A stretch of DNA of 45,926 nucleotides from the UHGV virus genome UHGV-0253013; one strand, written 5' to 3'. Positions 44,982 through 45,926 of the stretch are shown here, piece by piece (the first letter of the stretch is position 1; each line of letters starts with the position of its first letter). The DNA is from a virus. A program made the translations under genes and the position numbers. The notes under the pieces are model-generated. The model did not search any database. It worked only from the letters and a program-made list of their open reading frames with translations, and had not been told where the DNA came from.

Positions 44982-44997
44982 CTAAGGGTTGAAAATA

Positions 44998-45926
44998 ATG
45001 AGTTACCTGTTCTTAGACTTTGAAACATTCTCCGAAGCCGATTTAAAGAAAGTCGGCTCCTACGCTTACGCCGAACACCCGACTACCGAAGTGCTTATCT
45101 GCACATATGCTTTTGACGACGAGCCTGTGCGGGTATGGGATTGCACCGACGGCAGCGACATGCCGGGTGATTTGCACCGCGCACTGCGCCGCCTGGTTAA
45201 GCCGAACAGTCGTATTAAGATGGTGTGGCACAACGGCTCAATGTTCGACAGGCTCATCATGAAACACTGCTGGGGCTTTGATATTCCCGTAAGCAACACC
45301 ATTGATACGATGATTTGGGCGTTTCGTCACGCGCTGCCGGGTTCACTTGATGCGCTGTGTGAAGTGCTTGGCGTGTCTGCTGACAATGCAAAAGATAAAC
45401 GCGGCAAGGCGCTGATTCAGCGTTTCTCTAAACCGACACCGAAGAATTACAAAATCCGCCGCTACACCGCAGAAACACACCCGGACGAGTGGGCGCTGTT
45501 CATCAAGTACGCCGTGAGCGACATCACTGCGATGCGTGAAGTCTTCCATAAGCTGCCGCGTTGGGGTAACTCTGAGTTCGAAGACCGTGTACTGGAACTG
45601 GACCAGTTAATCAACGACCGCGGGTTTAAGGTTGACGTTGCACTGGCGGAAGCCGCTATTGAAGCCGTGGAGAAACACAAAGCGCAGTTACAGGAGGAAG
45701 CCCAACGCAAATACGGCGGCTCGCTTACTGGTAAGGACTTTCTGCCGATTCTTCGTGAACTCGCCCCTGCACACCGCATACACAACGCACAGAAGTCGAC
45801 GCTTAACGACCTGCTGGCGGACGATGATTTACCGGACGACGCACGCACAATTATCGAAATGCGCCTGGGGGCAGCGTCCACTGCATCAACGAAATATAAC
45901 CCGCTGCTGTTAGGTCGCTCTTCGGA
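44998..45926 (+). CDS. DNA polymerase, family A, N-terminal 3'-5' exonuclease domain; 3' end lies outside the window
   Basis: ATG at 44998 after the leader ACTAAGGGTTGAAAATAATGA; LFLDFETFSEADL is an Exo I-like motif; frame still open at the last base. Confidence 0.8.
   Translation, partial: MSYLFLDFETFSEADLKKVGSYAYAEHPTTEVLICTYAFDDEPVRVWDCTDGSDMPGDLHRALRRLVKPNSRIKMVWHNGSMFDRLIMKHCWGFDIPVSNTIDTMIWAFRHALPGSLDALCEVLGVSADNAKDKRGKALIQRFSKPTPKNYKIRRYTAETHPDEWALFIKYAVSDITAMREVFHKLPRWGNSEFEDRVLELDQLINDRGFKVDVALAEAAIEAVEKHKAQLQEEAQRKYGGSLTGKDFLPILRELAPAHRIHNAQKSTLNDLLADDDLPDDARTIIEMRLGAASTASTKYNPLLLGRSS

Noticed and set aside
1-45926. CRISPR arrays and tRNA genes
   Set aside because: No array of regularly spaced direct repeats seen; no cloverleaf-compatible sequence found by eye (a T-arm-like GGTTGCGAATC near 37700 has no matching acceptor or anticodon stems). 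A tRNA scan would be needed to be certain.

Overview
The window reads as a nearly complete, non-temperate siphovirus-type phage genome (no integrase, excisionase or att site seen), probably of an enterobacterial host. The first 1273 nt encode the C-terminal half of a family A DNA polymerase and the last 929 nt its N-terminal exonuclease half, in phase across the window ends, so the window may be about one unit of a circularly permuted genome. Rightward genes are replication functions: HNH endonucleases, VRR-NUC nuclease, an SNF2-like helicase whose P-loop is interrupted by a LAGLIDADG intein, a primase/helicase, a DUF2800-like nuclease and a DUF2815-like protein. Leftward genes run from small early genes, holin and endolysin through terminase, portal, head, neck and tail genes to a tailspike. 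Several rightward inserts interrupt the structural module. The most interesting is a YhhQ-like transporter plus DpdA-like transglycosylase pair between portal and head-morphogenesis genes, suggesting 7-deazaguanine DNA modification by precursor salvage. Others are an island with a secreted protein and an HTH-metallophosphoesterase fusion, and several homing-endonuclease-like genes. A family of sigma70-like promoters with an operator-like palindrome in the spacer recurs across the genome. All calls are from reading the sequence and ORF track by eye; no searches were run.
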